Shown: positions 10,252-21,345, numbered from the whole stretch's first letter. The stretch: DNA of 63,216 nt, filler included, from 9 parts of 9 records of this genome joined end to end with filler, not necessarily neighbours in it; one strand, 5' to 3'. Translations and numbers: made by a program. Notes: generated by a model not told the origin, from the sequence alone.

Positions 10252-10719
10252 TCAGTAAATCAGTGCTTCGCCTGCTTCTACTTCTTTCCCGTAATTACTT
10301 GAATTGATTTTATCCTCCTGACAGTCAATGAATATAACAATGGTCGTCATATCTATTTCCTTCTCATCCATAATCACAGAATCAAATCGGAGCAAAGGCG
10401 TACCAGCCTTCACGCGGCGTCCTTTTTCTTGCAAAAAAGTAAAACCAACACCGTCCAATTTAACCGTATCAATTCCTACATGTACCATGACATCTTCTTT
10501 ATCCTTAGTTTGAATCCCAACTGCATGTTTTGTTATCGCTATCGATACGATTTCACCGTCCACCGGAGAAACTATTACTTCTGCAGAAGGAATAATCGCA
10601 AAGCCGTGTCCCATCATTTTTTGCGCAAAAGTGTCATCGTGAACCTCTTCAATGGGAATACATTTTCCTTTTACAGGAGAAACAACTACTCTGCGTGTTT
10701 TTTTAAACAATCCGAACAT
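10252..10719 (-). CDS. PTS EIIA, glucose family
   Basis: DDTFAQKMMGHGFAI, TKHAVG, VHVGIDTVKLDG. Confidence 0.93.
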   Translation of the reverse strand: MFGLFKKTRRVVVSPVKGKCIPIEEVHDDTFAQKMMGHGFAIIPSAEVIVSPVDGEIVSIAITKHAVGIQTKDKEDVMVHVGIDTVKLDGVGFTFLQEKGRRVKAGTPLLRFDSVIMDEKEIDMTTIVIFIDCQEDKINSSNYGKEVEAGEALIY

Positions 10720-10734
10720 AAAAAACCTTTCTAA

Positions 10735-10796
10735 AAATAAAAAACTCCGAGGTTTGCCTGAATAAACTCAGGTCATGCCTCGAAGAGTAACAATCC
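10735..10796 (-). promoter_or_regulatory. RAT site plus terminator upstream of EIIA-antiterminator genes
   Basis: Minus strand GGATTGTTACTCTTCGAGGCATGACCT (canonical GGATTGTTACT...GGCA..ACC), then hairpin and T-tract. Confidence 0.85.
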
Positions 10797-10811
10797 TGTA
10801 TAATTGATTTC

Positions 10812-10840
10812 ATCTTATCAAACGATTCTGCTTTTGTCAA
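10812..10840 (-). promoter_or_regulatory. SigmaA-like promoter
   Basis: Minus strand TTGACA-17 nt-TAAGAT just upstream of the RAT. Confidence 0.7.
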
Positions 10841-11065
10841 GTCTTCGGAGTAGATTCAGGATTAGTTAATATGGTAATGAGTTGGTTACAGTGAGACTTA
10901 GATCTCTTAGAGATTGCATCAAGCACACTACTAAAGACCTTAATGATTCGAATGTGAGAATAGAACGAGAATCCACTGGACATTACAGCCAACAATTACA
11001 GCTTTAAAATCAAATTATTGGTAAAACATCTAATTCACCCAATGGCTAGCACCATTATATATATT

Positions 11066-11953
11066 CTAGATATCTGCTTTATAATCCATTTTCCCTACAA
11101 CATCCATCTCTATTTCAAATACGCTTCCACCCATTTTCGTTCCATCTGAATTAATGAATGTTTTCTCATCATCTGCACCAATACCTGCTGATGTCACGAA
11201 AGTCTTATCCATGTTCTTTCCACCAAATGTAATACTGGATACTTGCTTTGCGTCTAGTTTGATTCTGTCTAATATTTCTCCTCTAGAACTCAAGTGCATT
11301 ATCTGAAATGCTCCCCAGCATGCAGTCCAAATCTCACCATTTAGATCAACAGCCATTCCGTCCGGACCACCATCCCCGTCTAATGCAGTGTAAAAAAATG
11401 CAGGAGATGTAATTTCAGCAGTTTTCATATCATAATCATATCGGGTGATTACGCCTTGCTTTGTATCCGTATGGTAGAAATACTTTTCACATGGAGAAAA
11501 TCCCATACCATTAGAAATGCCAAGACCTTGAAGCACAATTTTAGGTGTTTTCCACTTTTCAAATAATATTAATCTTCCTTCTCTATGTGTCGGTTTAATT
11601 GTACCGGCAAATATTCTTCCTTTTGGGTCAACTATAATATCATTATATCTTTCATCCTCATCAATATCAAATGGTGCAATAAGCTCCTCACGGACTACCA
11701 TGCCATCAATGCTCAATTCCAGACGTTTTGCTCCTTCCTTTACAAAGGCTACCATGCCACCGCATTTATCAAAGGCTATACCACCAATATTACTGTCAGC
11801 TTCCCAGATACATGTGACAGTTTCGTCATCATCACTTTTCCTATAAATTTTATTGTTCAATATATCCAGCCAATAAATCGCATTATCTATATCATTCCAA
11901 ACTGGGCCTTCCCCAAGTAAACATAATGGACTATTTAATTTACTAATCTTCAT
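11066..11953 (-). CDS. SMP-30/gluconolactonase family protein
   Basis: LGEGPVW, RYNDIIVDPKGR, ISNGMGFS, PDGMAVD, SSITFGG. Confidence 0.92.
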   Translation of the reverse strand: MKISKLNSPLCLLGEGPVWNDIDNAIYWLDILNNKIYRKSDDDETVTCIWEADSNIGGIAFDKCGGMVAFVKEGAKRLELSIDGMVVREELIAPFDIDEDERYNDIIVDPKGRIFAGTIKPTHREGRLILFEKWKTPKIVLQGLGISNGMGFSPCEKYFYHTDTKQGVITRYDYDMKTAEITSPAFFYTALDGDGGPDGMAVDLNGEIWTACWGAFQIMHLSSRGEILDRIKLDAKQVSSITFGGKNMDKTFVTSAGIGADDEKTFINSDGTKMGGSVFEIEMDVVGKMDYKADI

Positions 11954-12248
11954 TTATTCATTCTCCAAAAAACTATTACTTACGCCTAATGCCATCCACT
12001 TTCTAATCTGTGAATTAAATTATGATCGTACTTGATGCATTGTAGCAAATTTCTGTATCTGTTAAGTGGTCACCTTTAAAGATTCTGTCTTCTGGAGATT
12101 CAGAAATTATTTCTTTGATTACTGCCAGAATACCGCCTTCCTCATCCTCAACAAAATTGTTTTCTCGCATGTATCCACCCATCTGTCTACCGCATGATTC
12201 ACCGATTTTATATCTGCACTTTCTCACACTTCCGTCCTTACCACGTAT

Positions 12249-12447
12249 TTATTCGTGTACATCAATAATAACTTTCATCGTAGTTTCTCTGTTTCCATCA
12301 ATGTAATTATACGCATTATCATAATCTTCAAAAGCAAAGTGCTTAGAGACCAAATTGCTTAATTTCACTTTCTTTTCTTCAACTAGCCGTATTGCTTCCA
12401 CGTAATCTACGTGACGGTACATCATACTGGATTTCAAATCAAGCTCA
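12249..12447 (-). CDS. Zn-dependent alcohol/sugar dehydrogenase, C-terminal fragment
   Basis: MMYRHVDYVEAIRL...LVSKHFAFEDYDNAY...TMKVII resembles an MDR-family C-terminus; starts at the contig edge. Confidence 0.7.
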
Positions 12448-12547
12448 NNNNNNNNNNNNNNNNNNNNNNNNNNNNNNNNNNNNNNNNNNNNTTAATTAAT
12501 TAANNNNNNNNNNNNNNNNNNNNNNNNNNNNNNNNNNNNNNNNNNNN

Positions 12548-13043
12548 TTTTTTCAATATTGAATTTACGAATCAGATGATTGATGAGTTTTACAACAGAT
12601 TCAATTTGTTTGGGTTCATAGATATCAAAATATCGATAACCCCGGTAATACTCGCCATAATCGAATGCCTCCTCCCGTTTTTTAAGTGTACGATCAGATA
12701 TCCGGTCAAAGCAGTATAATTTGCCCTCATGTTCTATCAGACCACCTTCACTTGCGATTTCAATGCCAATAAATCGTTTTTCAAAAAGGACTTTTTCATC
12801 GTAATTCCATCTGAGGCCGAATTGCCATGCCCAGAATTCCGGTTTAAAAACTTCATAAATAGTGCCGTCTCTGCCAATAATATAAGCTGTTCCGACCATT
12901 TCAGGTGAATTTTTCCACCAGTTAAAGGTCGATCGTGCACTTCCACCCACTGTATGGTGCAGGCAGATTCCGGTTTTGTTTTCCGGTGAAAGGAAATATT
13001 GATCCTGGGGCAACAATAGGGTACGGTTAATTGATAGTGCCAT
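12548..13043 (-). CDS. N-acetylmuramoyl-L-alanine amidase (Amidase_2-like), truncated
   Basis: ICLHHTVGG, YIIGRDGTIYE, FIGIEIAS; AAGGAG RBS. Confidence 0.8.
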
Positions 13044-13119
13044 AAGGAGACTCCTTTCAAATTAAATTAAAAAAAGAGACCGTGGTACAAACGATAGTTT
13101 TTGGTCTCTTTTGTTTCTT

Positions 13120-13359
13120 TTATGCTTTTACATCTGCGGCCAACCCTCTGGTTCTGAGGTTGGCTATAAATTTTTGAATACCAATTATTCCCAGCAACCA
13201 TGATACTATCGTAACAGCCAAAAAGATGAGGATATTTAATGTCGATTGTGGATCCAATGGCCACCATGGAAGTACAGTTACAAGCCAGTTCCATATTGTG
13301 GGAAACGCAAAAAAGAGAGCGATTTGAACGAGATAGATAATGATTTCACGAAGATTCAT
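13120..13359 (-). CDS. Small two-TM membrane protein with basic C-terminus (holin-like topology)
   Basis: 79 aa, two hydrophobic segments, AAAGGAG RBS, directly upstream of the amidase. Confidence 0.65.
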   Translation of the reverse strand: MNLREIIIYLVQIALFFAFPTIWNWLVTVLPWWPLDPQSTLNILIFLAVTIVSWLLGIIGIQKFIANLRTRGLAADVKA

Positions 13360-13512
13360 AATATCTCCTTTGATTAAAGTTGGGAAGTAATTACTGATTA
13401 TTTGAAAAGAAAACAGTAAAAAAATACAGCTTGTTTAATAGTGACTGTTTTTGCTTTAACTCCATTGATAGTTGCTGTTGCTCCTTTGAAATTCCACTTT
13501 TTTTAAAAATGA

Positions 13513-13743
13513 TTACTCGAGTGCTTTTATTTCACCGGTTTCCTGAATTTCAATATTTATTTGATTAATTTGTAATGGGATTTTTTTACGGACCTGATGG
13601 GCGTTTTTATTTACGGATATAATGATTCCAAGACTGCCATCGGATGTTTTACCCAGGCCGACGGCAACCACATTTTTCATGGCTAACCAGGATTTTTCAT
13701 AGGATTTTTTTGTATTGATTATTTCCATGATTTGATCAGGCAT
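13513..13743 (-). CDS. Small protein resembling the N-terminal domain of the adjacent protease
   Basis: KNVVAVGLGK...KKIPLQINQINIEIQETGEIKAL aligns with PNVVATGIGY...LIPSKIQNVPTDVYPAGVIHAF. Confidence 0.65.
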   Translation of the reverse strand: MPDQIMEIINTKKSYEKSWLAMKNVVAVGLGKTSDGSLGIIISVNKNAHQVRKKIPLQINQINIEIQETGEIKALE

Positions 13744-13829
13744 CTTTCTTTATCCTGTCTTATACAGAATTCCTTGTAAACGCTAGAGGAACATCATATG
13801 TTGTTATCGCTTCGATACAATAGGCGAGA

Positions 13830-14831
13830 TCAGGGCAGAGTCACCTGCAGTGCCTGAAATACATCCTGAATGCGATTTATGATGGTCGTTGTATTACTTC
13901 CAGCGAATAGTAAGCCAATGATTTTGTTGTCCTCATTGAGGACTGCCGAACCACTATCACCTCCTTCACTGATATTTCCAGCCATGAGTTGGTTAACAAA
14001 GGTTGCTGTTTTATTGGCGCCGTAACTTACCCGGGATGTTACGTCAATTTGCAGGATCTCACCTGTTTTCAAACCTGTTGTTCTGCCGCTTTTTTTGACG
14101 TTCATAGCCAGGGTTCCTTCTGCCACGCCTGAAATAGTGCCGATTTTCAGGATTTCATTTTTTACGTCATCCGGATTTAAAGGTTCGGCTATGGCGCAGT
14201 CAACTAAATTATCTGATGCCTCTGGTCGTGTTGGTACGAGTCTGGTTTTACTGCCTAAAAAGGAGGCGATACCATTCAAGACGCCTGCTGCGGCCCGACC
14301 TGTTGAGCACGTGCTACCGGTTCCGGCGAATTCGATTGGGACAAATTCACTCAGGTCGGCGATATGGTCTTGTGGAAAACGTCCACCATCTGTTGGCCCG
14401 GGTTGTAATATCCTGTCACCAATGGAGGCATTATTACTATTAGCAAGAACATGATTGTTTGATAGAATTAAAAGTTTGTTGTTTTTCTTCACCAGACAAC
14501 CAAATGTACCGACCGTGATATTGATATGTCCTATACTCACCCCGCCAGGTGCTGGCCGATATCTATCCGTCGGGTCCTGAAAGGCATGTATAACGCCAGC
14601 AGGATAAACATCGGTGGGCACATTTTGTATTTTTGAAGGTATGAGTTCTTTTTGTGTTAGGGATTGTTTCGTTTTTTTCATATCCACAGAACAAACAAGA
14701 GCTAGCTCCAGAGTTCGTTTGCCTTCGGTGATTTTATACCCGATTCCTGTCGCTACGACATTGGGTTTGGCAAGTAATTCTTGTTTTACTTCAGATAGGA
14801 GCTTGCGTGTTTCCTCTAACCTTTCCGCCAT
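13830..14831 (-). CDS. Trypsin-like serine protease with N-terminal extra domain (Nal1-like architecture)
   Basis: SNNHVLA (His), VDCAIA (Asp), GDSGS (Ser), LQPG, KSGRTTG; no signal peptide; AAGGAGG RBS. Confidence 0.85.
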   Translation of the reverse strand: MAERLEETRKLLSEVKQELLAKPNVVATGIGYKITEGKRTLELALVCSVDMKKTKQSLTQKELIPSKIQNVPTDVYPAGVIHAFQDPTDRYRPAPGGVSIGHINITVGTFGCLVKKNNKLLILSNNHVLANSNNASIGDRILQPGPTDGGRFPQDHIADLSEFVPIEFAGTGSTCSTGRAAAGVLNGIASFLGSKTRLVPTRPEASDNLVDCAIAEPLNPDDVKNEILKIGTISGVAEGTLAMNVKKSGRTTGLKTGEILQIDVTSRVSYGANKTATFVNQLMAGNISEGGDSGSAVLNEDNKIIGLLFAGSNTTTIINRIQDVFQALQVTLP

Positions 14832-15704
14832 AGTGTCCTCCTTTATTATTCCGGAAAATTTTTAAAGCCTCTAACTAGAAAGAAAAGAACCGAATTTTTT
14901 TACCAGAAAATCAAAAAGGTCCGGGAGTAGTGCGAAATTCAATTGGTTTTATAACAAGCGTTCAATAGAAGGGAAGTGAGTTTTGTATATCGTTGAGGTA
15001 TAGCGGCTGCTGCAATCCTTGGATTGTGATCGTTATAGAAGATTACGAAAGTAAAGACCTAGACCAATAAAACTAAAAAGACACATCCCAAATTTCCTTT
15101 CAACCACTCATCTGCCTTTTAAAAGTTTTGCATTATACCCCCACTTTCGTTTTTGTTTTGATACAGGAGGGTGTATAATTGGGGTGAGCACTGACCCAAT
15201 TGTTTAAATAATGTTCTTTATAGAAACCGTGCGTATAATAATATTCTTAAACTTGACAAATTAAAATAGAAAACCAGATACGGATTGTCAGGAAAATGGG
15301 TATTTTATATTATATCTACTGTTTTTACAAATTTTACAACATGATAATTATTGCATTTATTTCATTAATTAACCGTTGTGTCAATAAAACAAGAGGTTGT
15401 CAATTTCGAATGGAGTGGATATAAAGACATATGTTTTCGCTGAAGAAATTGTCCTCACTTTTGTGTCCACTTAAATATCATTCATTTAAAATCGTCAATT
15501 TCCTTGCATACTTTTGATAAAGATAGTATCTTTTCCAGGTTGAATAAAAGTGAACGTGTTTGATTTTCGTCATTAAAAGAGAATAAATCAAGTTATTATT
15601 ATTCGTTATGCAAGAAAAAAAATCGTCCTGTACATCATGGGATAATAAGAATTTGATAACGTGTTTACGTATTTATATATTACTGAAAAAAATAGGAGAC
15701 CGTC

Positions 15705-17038
15705 ATGGCTGTCAATGTTACTACAGGAGCAAAAGAATATTTCCCCGGAATCGGCAAGATCCCCTTTGAGGGCCTGATTCCAGGAATCCCCTCGCGTTCA
15801 AATATTATGATGCAAATCGGATTGTTGCCGGAAAATCCCTGGAGGATCATTTACGTTTTGCCATTGCATACTGGCATACATTCTGTGGTACCGGAGAAGA
15901 TCCTTTTGGTCCGGGTACGCAAAAATTTCCCTGGCTTGAGAGCCAGGATAAAATGCAGGTTGCTTTTGATAAGCAGGATGCTGCATTTGAGTTCGTTAGT
16001 AAACTCGGAGTTCCTTATTACTGTTTCCATGATCGGGATATGGCACCTGAAGGACATTCTGTAAAAGAATCAGAGGAAAATTTGAAAAAGCTTGTTGCAC
16101 GGGCAAAGGAAAAGCAAGCGGCATCCGGAATAAAATTATTATGGGGAACAGCTAATCTGTTTTCACACCCCCGCTATATGAATGGTGCTGCCACAAATCC
16201 GGATTTTCATGTCCTGACCCACGCTGCCGCACAGATTAAGGTGGCATTGGAAGCGACAGTTGAGCTGGGTGGAGAAAATTATGTATTCTGGGGTGGACGA
16301 GAAGGTTATTTTACGTTACTCAATACGAATATGAAGCGTGAGTTGGATCACCTGGGAATGTTTTTAAGAAATGCCAGGGATTATGGCAGAAAAATCGGTT
16401 TCAAGGGAACTTTTCTCATCGAGCCGAAACCAATGGAGCCCACAAAACACCAATATGATTTTGATAGTGCTACTGTTATTGGGTTTTTACAAAAGTATGG
16501 ATTAGCCGACGATTTTAAGATTAATATCGAAAATAATCATGCTACTCTGGCGGGCCATTCGTTTGCTCATGAGCTTCAGGTTGCGGCTGATGCGGGAATG
16601 TTGGGCAGTGTTGATGCAAATCAGGGTGACCCCCATAATGGTTGGGACACGGACGAATTTTTGCATAATATTTACGAAGCTGTTGAGGCAATGTTGGTTA
16701 TCCTGCCCTATGGCGGACTCGGAAGTGGCGGATTTAATTTTGATGCTAAAACCCGAAGAAGTTCAACAGATCTTGAGGATATTTTTATTAGCCATATAAG
16801 CTCTATGGACACTCTCTCTCGCGGTTTGATAATTGCAAACCGTATTTTAGAGGAATCTGATTATTTGAAAATACGAGATGATCGTTACTCCAGCTATGAT
16901 AGTGAAGAAGGTTTGGCATTTGAGCAAGGTCATTTGAATCTGGATCAGTTGGCGAAAATAGCAATGCAAAAAGGAGAGCCTGATCAGATTAGCGGTAAGC
17001 AGGAATTACTGGAAAGTATGATAAATCAGTTCATTTAG
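15705..17038 (+). CDS. xylA: Xylose isomerase (class II); one frameshift near 15773
   Basis: [13 protein letters not shown], then shifted frame NPLAFKYYD...[36 protein letters not shown]. Confidence 0.95.
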
Positions 17039-17138
17039 TGTTTTTGAATAATAGTGAAGGTATCCAGGATAATCCACGGATTAACAGTTTATAGTTACCC
17101 GCCGCGACAATCCTGAAAATTTAATTGTTTTGAATGAT

Positions 17139-17200
17139 AAACCGAGGAGCTTCAAAATCATGTCAGATCTAACATGATTGAAGCCCCTCGTGTTTTTTGT
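17139..17200. terminator. Hairpin/terminator between convergent xylA and RDD genes
   Basis: CGAGGAGCTTCAAAATCATGT...ACATGATTGAAGCCCCTCG followed by TGTTTTTT. Confidence 0.7.
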
Positions 17201-17308
17201 AAGAAACTGCCAGGCATCTTTCCGATTCAGTTCGGACGGATCCATTTCAAAGCTATGGCTATATTTGGCTGGTCTCTATATTAGAGACCATAATAATAAC
17301 GAAATAAT

Positions 17309-17779
17309 CTAGTCAGCAACTTCGATTATTTTTGTATTTGCTAATTTATCTCCCCATCGACGGCCCTCCGCATCAGTTATAACCAGATAAATCTCGACCA
17401 CCCCAATAACCAGGGCGGCTACAAGCACAATCGGTATAAGGATCCAACCGAGTACAGGAATGAGAGGAATAACGCCAAGACATAGCATCCAGTTACGTTT
17501 AATAGACCTGTTGATATCCATAGGCCCATCATCCAACGGGATTGGACGCAATTTCATTAGTTTTTTTCCTACAGAGCGGTGATCCATAAATTCAAAATCA
17601 AGACCATCGCGCAGTAACATATAGGCAGTTCCAATGAATCCACCTATAACGGGAATGAGTCCGAAGATAAAAGCGACCGCTGAATCAATCACGACGGCAA
17701 CGAAGCGTTTGCCCAGGTCCGCTTTCTCAGAGTTGTTTTGATTTGATGTTTGCTCAGGTGAATTTGGTGTGTTTTCCAT
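17309..17779 (-). CDS. RDD family membrane protein
   Basis: KRFVAVVID, SVGKKLMKLR, RRWGDKLANT; GGAGG RBS. Confidence 0.88.
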   Translation of the reverse strand: MENTPNSPEQTSNQNNSEKADLGKRFVAVVIDSAVAFIFGLIPVIGGFIGTAYMLLRDGLDFEFMDHRSVGKKLMKLRPIPLDDGPMDINRSIKRNWMLCLGVIPLIPVLGWILIPIVLVAALVIGVVEIYLVITDAEGRRWGDKLANTKIIEVAD

Positions 17780-18444
17780 AAGTCCCTCCATAAGTGAATA
17801 AAACGCAGGTTATGTGGATGAATTGTGTTTATTTATTGAATAAAAATGAGGCCAAAAGTCGCGATTTCATGTTTATTATATTTGCTTTTCTTTTTCGTTA
17901 TCACGGTGTTGTTTTTATGGAAATGAAATGATTTTTCAGTATGAATGTTCAAACCGCAATTATATAAATTGGTACATTTTTTAGATATTGCCATAATGAA
18001 TCAGGGGTGATTTTACGATGTATTACATAATTGATTAATCCAAATCAAATCGGTCTGGCTCTTTTGTACTATACTAAATATAAAGGAAAATAATTTTTGA
18101 CATAATAAAGATAGGAAAGTTCACCATTATAATTAAAACCATATAGCAAAATAAATATTTCCTCTTTTTTTGATTTTTTAAAATTTATACAAACAGGGGG
18201 AGTGAAAAAAATGTGAATCGACAATTGTGTTGTTATAAATTTTTCAGAATAGTCATGATTGCTAAATGGAATGAATAATCAGTGGTTCCTGAAATTTTAT
18301 AAATGTGGAAAAATTATTTTCAAATGATCATTGAATAACGGATAACAGGAACCTATATAGAACCACTGATTATTTTATCAGATTGAAGAATAAAAACATG
18401 CTTGTAACGATATTTGGAAACCAGGTGATACTGAACTGCTGAGC

Positions 18445-19048
18445 TCAAGATGTCTTTATTAATTTTTTAGTTAATTCGGACTCTCCATTGTCATCGTCAT
18501 AAGGTATTAGACTGTCCGGAGAGGTAATCCTGTTTATCGATTGATCATATGGAGAGTGTTTAAACTTATTTTTGCCTTGATGATGTTTTTCATCTTTTGT
18601 TTTATTATCAAAAGCGTGATTCATTTCGCATTGTGCATTGGTAAGTTTAAAATTGTTGACCATAGAATGCATTTTCTCCGCCTGGTCGGATAGTTCTTCG
18701 GCTACACTTGCATTTTCTTCAGAATCCGCAGCATTTTGCTGAGTTATCTGATTAATCTGATCGATAGCGGCATTGATTTGATTTAGTCCTTCGTTTTGTT
18801 GTTCTGCATCGAAGGCCATGTCGCCCATAATCTGACCAATCTGATTAGCCCTGTTATTCATTTCATCCAGTTTCGTCAAAACCTCCTGGTTAAGCGTAAC
18901 ACTTGTGTCTGCATTTTTTACAGATTCTTCAATGAGCAAAGCTGTGTTTTTTGCAGCTTCAGCACTGCGAATGGCAAGATTGCGCACTTCATCGGCCACG
19001 ACTGCAAATCCTTTTCCGGCTTCTCCTGCTCTGGCTGCTTCAACAGCC
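18445..19048 (-). CDS. Methyl-accepting chemotaxis protein, C-terminal signalling domain (partial)
   Basis: AVEAARAGEAGKGFAVVADEVRNLA, ITQQNAA. Confidence 0.93.
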
Positions 19049-19148
19049 NNNNNNNNNNNNNNNNNNNNNNNNNNNNNNNNNNNNNNNNNNNNTTAATTAA
19101 TTAANNNNNNNNNNNNNNNNNNNNNNNNNNNNNNNNNNNNNNNNNNNN

Positions 19149-19358
19149 GATTTTGCCGTGGCCATCCAGGAAGAGGCCATGGCCCACGGCCTGGTTGACA
19201 GGGAGATCCCCATCCGGCCCGTGCCCAGCCAAAGCTATCCCACCCCGGCCAAACGGCCGGCGTATTCCGTGCTGAACAAGCAGAGTGCCTGGGACGTGCT
19301 CGGGCTTGAGCCCGTACACTGGCGCAGGCAATTGCGTCAAATGATCCGGGAATTGTAA
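19149..19358 (+). CDS. rfbD: dTDP-4-dehydrorhamnose reductase, C-terminal fragment
   Basis: YPTPAKRPAYSVL...HWRRQL. Confidence 0.85.
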   Translation, partial: DFAVAIQEEAMAHGLVDREIPIRPVPSQSYPTPAKRPAYSVLNKQSAWDVLGLEPVHWRRQLRQMIREL

Positions 19359-19375
19359 AAAGGACTGATTGACCT

Positions 19376-20266
19376 ATGGATGTCTCCATCATCATTGTGA
19401 CCTATAACACCAGGGATTTAACCCGGGAGTGCGTCCGGTCCATTTATGATCACACCCGGGGGGTCCGCTTTGAAGTCATTGTGGTGGACAATGCATCCAA
19501 AGACGGTTCTAAAGATATCCTGTCGGAATTGGAACATCCCAATTATTCCTATGTATACAATCGTGAGAACGCGGGGTTTTCCAGGGCCAATAATATAGGT
19601 GCAAAACAGGCAAAGGGGCGGTTCCTTTTTTTCATGAATTCGGATATGGTCCTGCTCAATGATGTGCCTGCCATGCTCACCCGCCATATGAACCGCAACC
19701 TTGATATCGGCATACTGGGGCCCAGATTTTTGAATCCCGATCTCAGCCTCCAGGTTTCCTGCCGGAATTTTCCCAGCATCATGTTCGGCAGTTTGAAGTT
19801 TTTTCCCTTTCTCGGTCGCTTTTTATCCCGTGAGGCCAGGGCTTACTACCAGTCAGACAGGGACTATTCTGTGACCCAGCCTGTGGACACGGTATCGGCC
19901 GGAGCCTTATTCATCCGGCGGCCCCTGTTTGAAGAGATCGGGCAGTTTGACGAGTTCAGTTTCATGTATGCTGAGGATGCTGATATCTGCAGGCAGGTAA
20001 GGGACAGGGGGCTTCAGGTGGTCTTTTTTCCCGGGGCAAAACTGATCCATTACGGCGGCGCCAGCACCCAGCTTAACTCAAGTAGGGCGGTCTGGTCCTA
20101 TTATTTTGCCTTTTATCACCTCTATAAAAAATATTATTTCGGCCGGGTGGGGGTGGTGTTCAAGCCCTTGTTTTTTTTCAGGGCCTTGGTTGCCCTGGGG
20201 CATAATTATTTTAAAAAAGACAAGCGGCTTACCTGGCGCAATAAGCAAAAGGAAACCCTGGGATGA
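19376..20266 (+). CDS. Glycosyltransferase family 2
   Basis: VSIIIVTYNT, VVDNASKDGS, GFSRANN, FMNSD, FMYAEDAD. Confidence 0.92.
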   Translation: MDVSIIIVTYNTRDLTRECVRSIYDHTRGVRFEVIVVDNASKDGSKDILSELEHPNYSYVYNRENAGFSRANNIGAKQAKGRFLFFMNSDMVLLNDVPAMLTRHMNRNLDIGILGPRFLNPDLSLQVSCRNFPSIMFGSLKFFPFLGRFLSREARAYYQSDRDYSVTQPVDTVSAGALFIRRPLFEEIGQFDEFSFMYAEDADICRQVRDRGLQVVFFPGAKLIHYGGASTQLNSSRAVWSYYFAFYHLYKKYYFGRVGVVFKPLFFFRALVALGHNYFKKDKRLTWRNKQKETLG

Positions 20267-21242
20267 CCCTGCTGCTTACAGGAGGGTCCGGTTTTGTGGG
20301 ACATGCCCTGGTCCGGTCCCTGGCCGGCAGGGGAGAGGACCTGGTATGCCCGGTCAGGCCCGGGGCCTGGGATCGCCACCTTGATGAGATGCCCAATATC
20401 CGGCAGGTATATATTCCCGGCATTGACGGTAAAACAGACTGGCAAAAGATGATAGAAGGGGTCTCAACCGTGGTCCATCTGGCAGGGATGGCCCATGTCC
20501 GGACCCGGCACAGGCTGGACTTATACGATCAATTTTTAAGGGTCAATTATGCAGGGACCCTGAATCTTGCTTTCCAGGCGGCAAAGGCCGGGGTGAAACG
20601 CTTTGTCTTTTTGAGCACCATTGGTGTGAACGGGCCGTCAAATACGGGGAGACAGCCGTTTAAGTCAGAGGATTTTCCCGCCCCTGAAAATGCTTACGCA
20701 CTCACCAAGCTTAAGGCGGAGCAGGGATTGAGGCGTGTGGAAGCCCGGACCGGCATGGCGGTGGTCATACTCAGACCCCCCTGGTATACGGCCCCCATGT
20801 CAAAGGTAATTTTCTTAGGCTGATGAATCTGGTCCGTCTGGGAATGCCCCTTCCCCTGGCCAATGCAGACAATCAGAAGAGTATGGTCGGCCTTGAAAAC
20901 CTTGTGGACGCCCTTGATGCCTGCATCAGACATGAAAATGCTTCCGGCCGCACCTTTCTGGTAAGGGATGCTCAAATGATTTCCACCCGTGACCTGGTCC
21001 AGAGGATTGCCGGAACCATGGGGAAACGGCCGGTTCTCTTTCCTCTACCCCGGACCTTGGTGAAAAAGATCTGTAAGGGAATGGGCAGGAAGCGTATTTA
21101 TGACCAATTGTGGGGAGATCTGCGCATGGATTCACGGCCGATCCGGGAGTTGCTCCTATGGACCCCCAAAAATTCCCAGGACAGGGGAATTGAGCAAACC
21201 GTTCAGTGGTACATGAATACCTGGGCAGGTCCATGTGATTAG
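20263..21242 (+). CDS. NAD-dependent epimerase/dehydratase; frameshift in C-run near 20776
   Basis: TGGSGFVG, YALTK (YxxxK); continuation LVYGPHVKGNFLRL in the second frame. Confidence 0.88.
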
Positions 21243-21345
21243 GTGACGGGTCCGGGGGGCTGGTATTTTTTTTGCAGGAACTCAGGCAATATGACCCTGA
21301 AGCTGCTGTCCGATCTGAAAAAATTAAATAAAAAGCTTACTTTAA

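Noticed and set aside
12015-12227. 70-aa ORF between the dehydrogenase and the lactonase
   Set aside because: No recognisable motif; possibly a gene remnant, but not supportable.
15705-16064. Programmed frameshift or pseudogene in xylA and other split genes
   Set aside because: Both halves are intact and the same error pattern occurs across unrelated contigs, so sequencing error is more likely.
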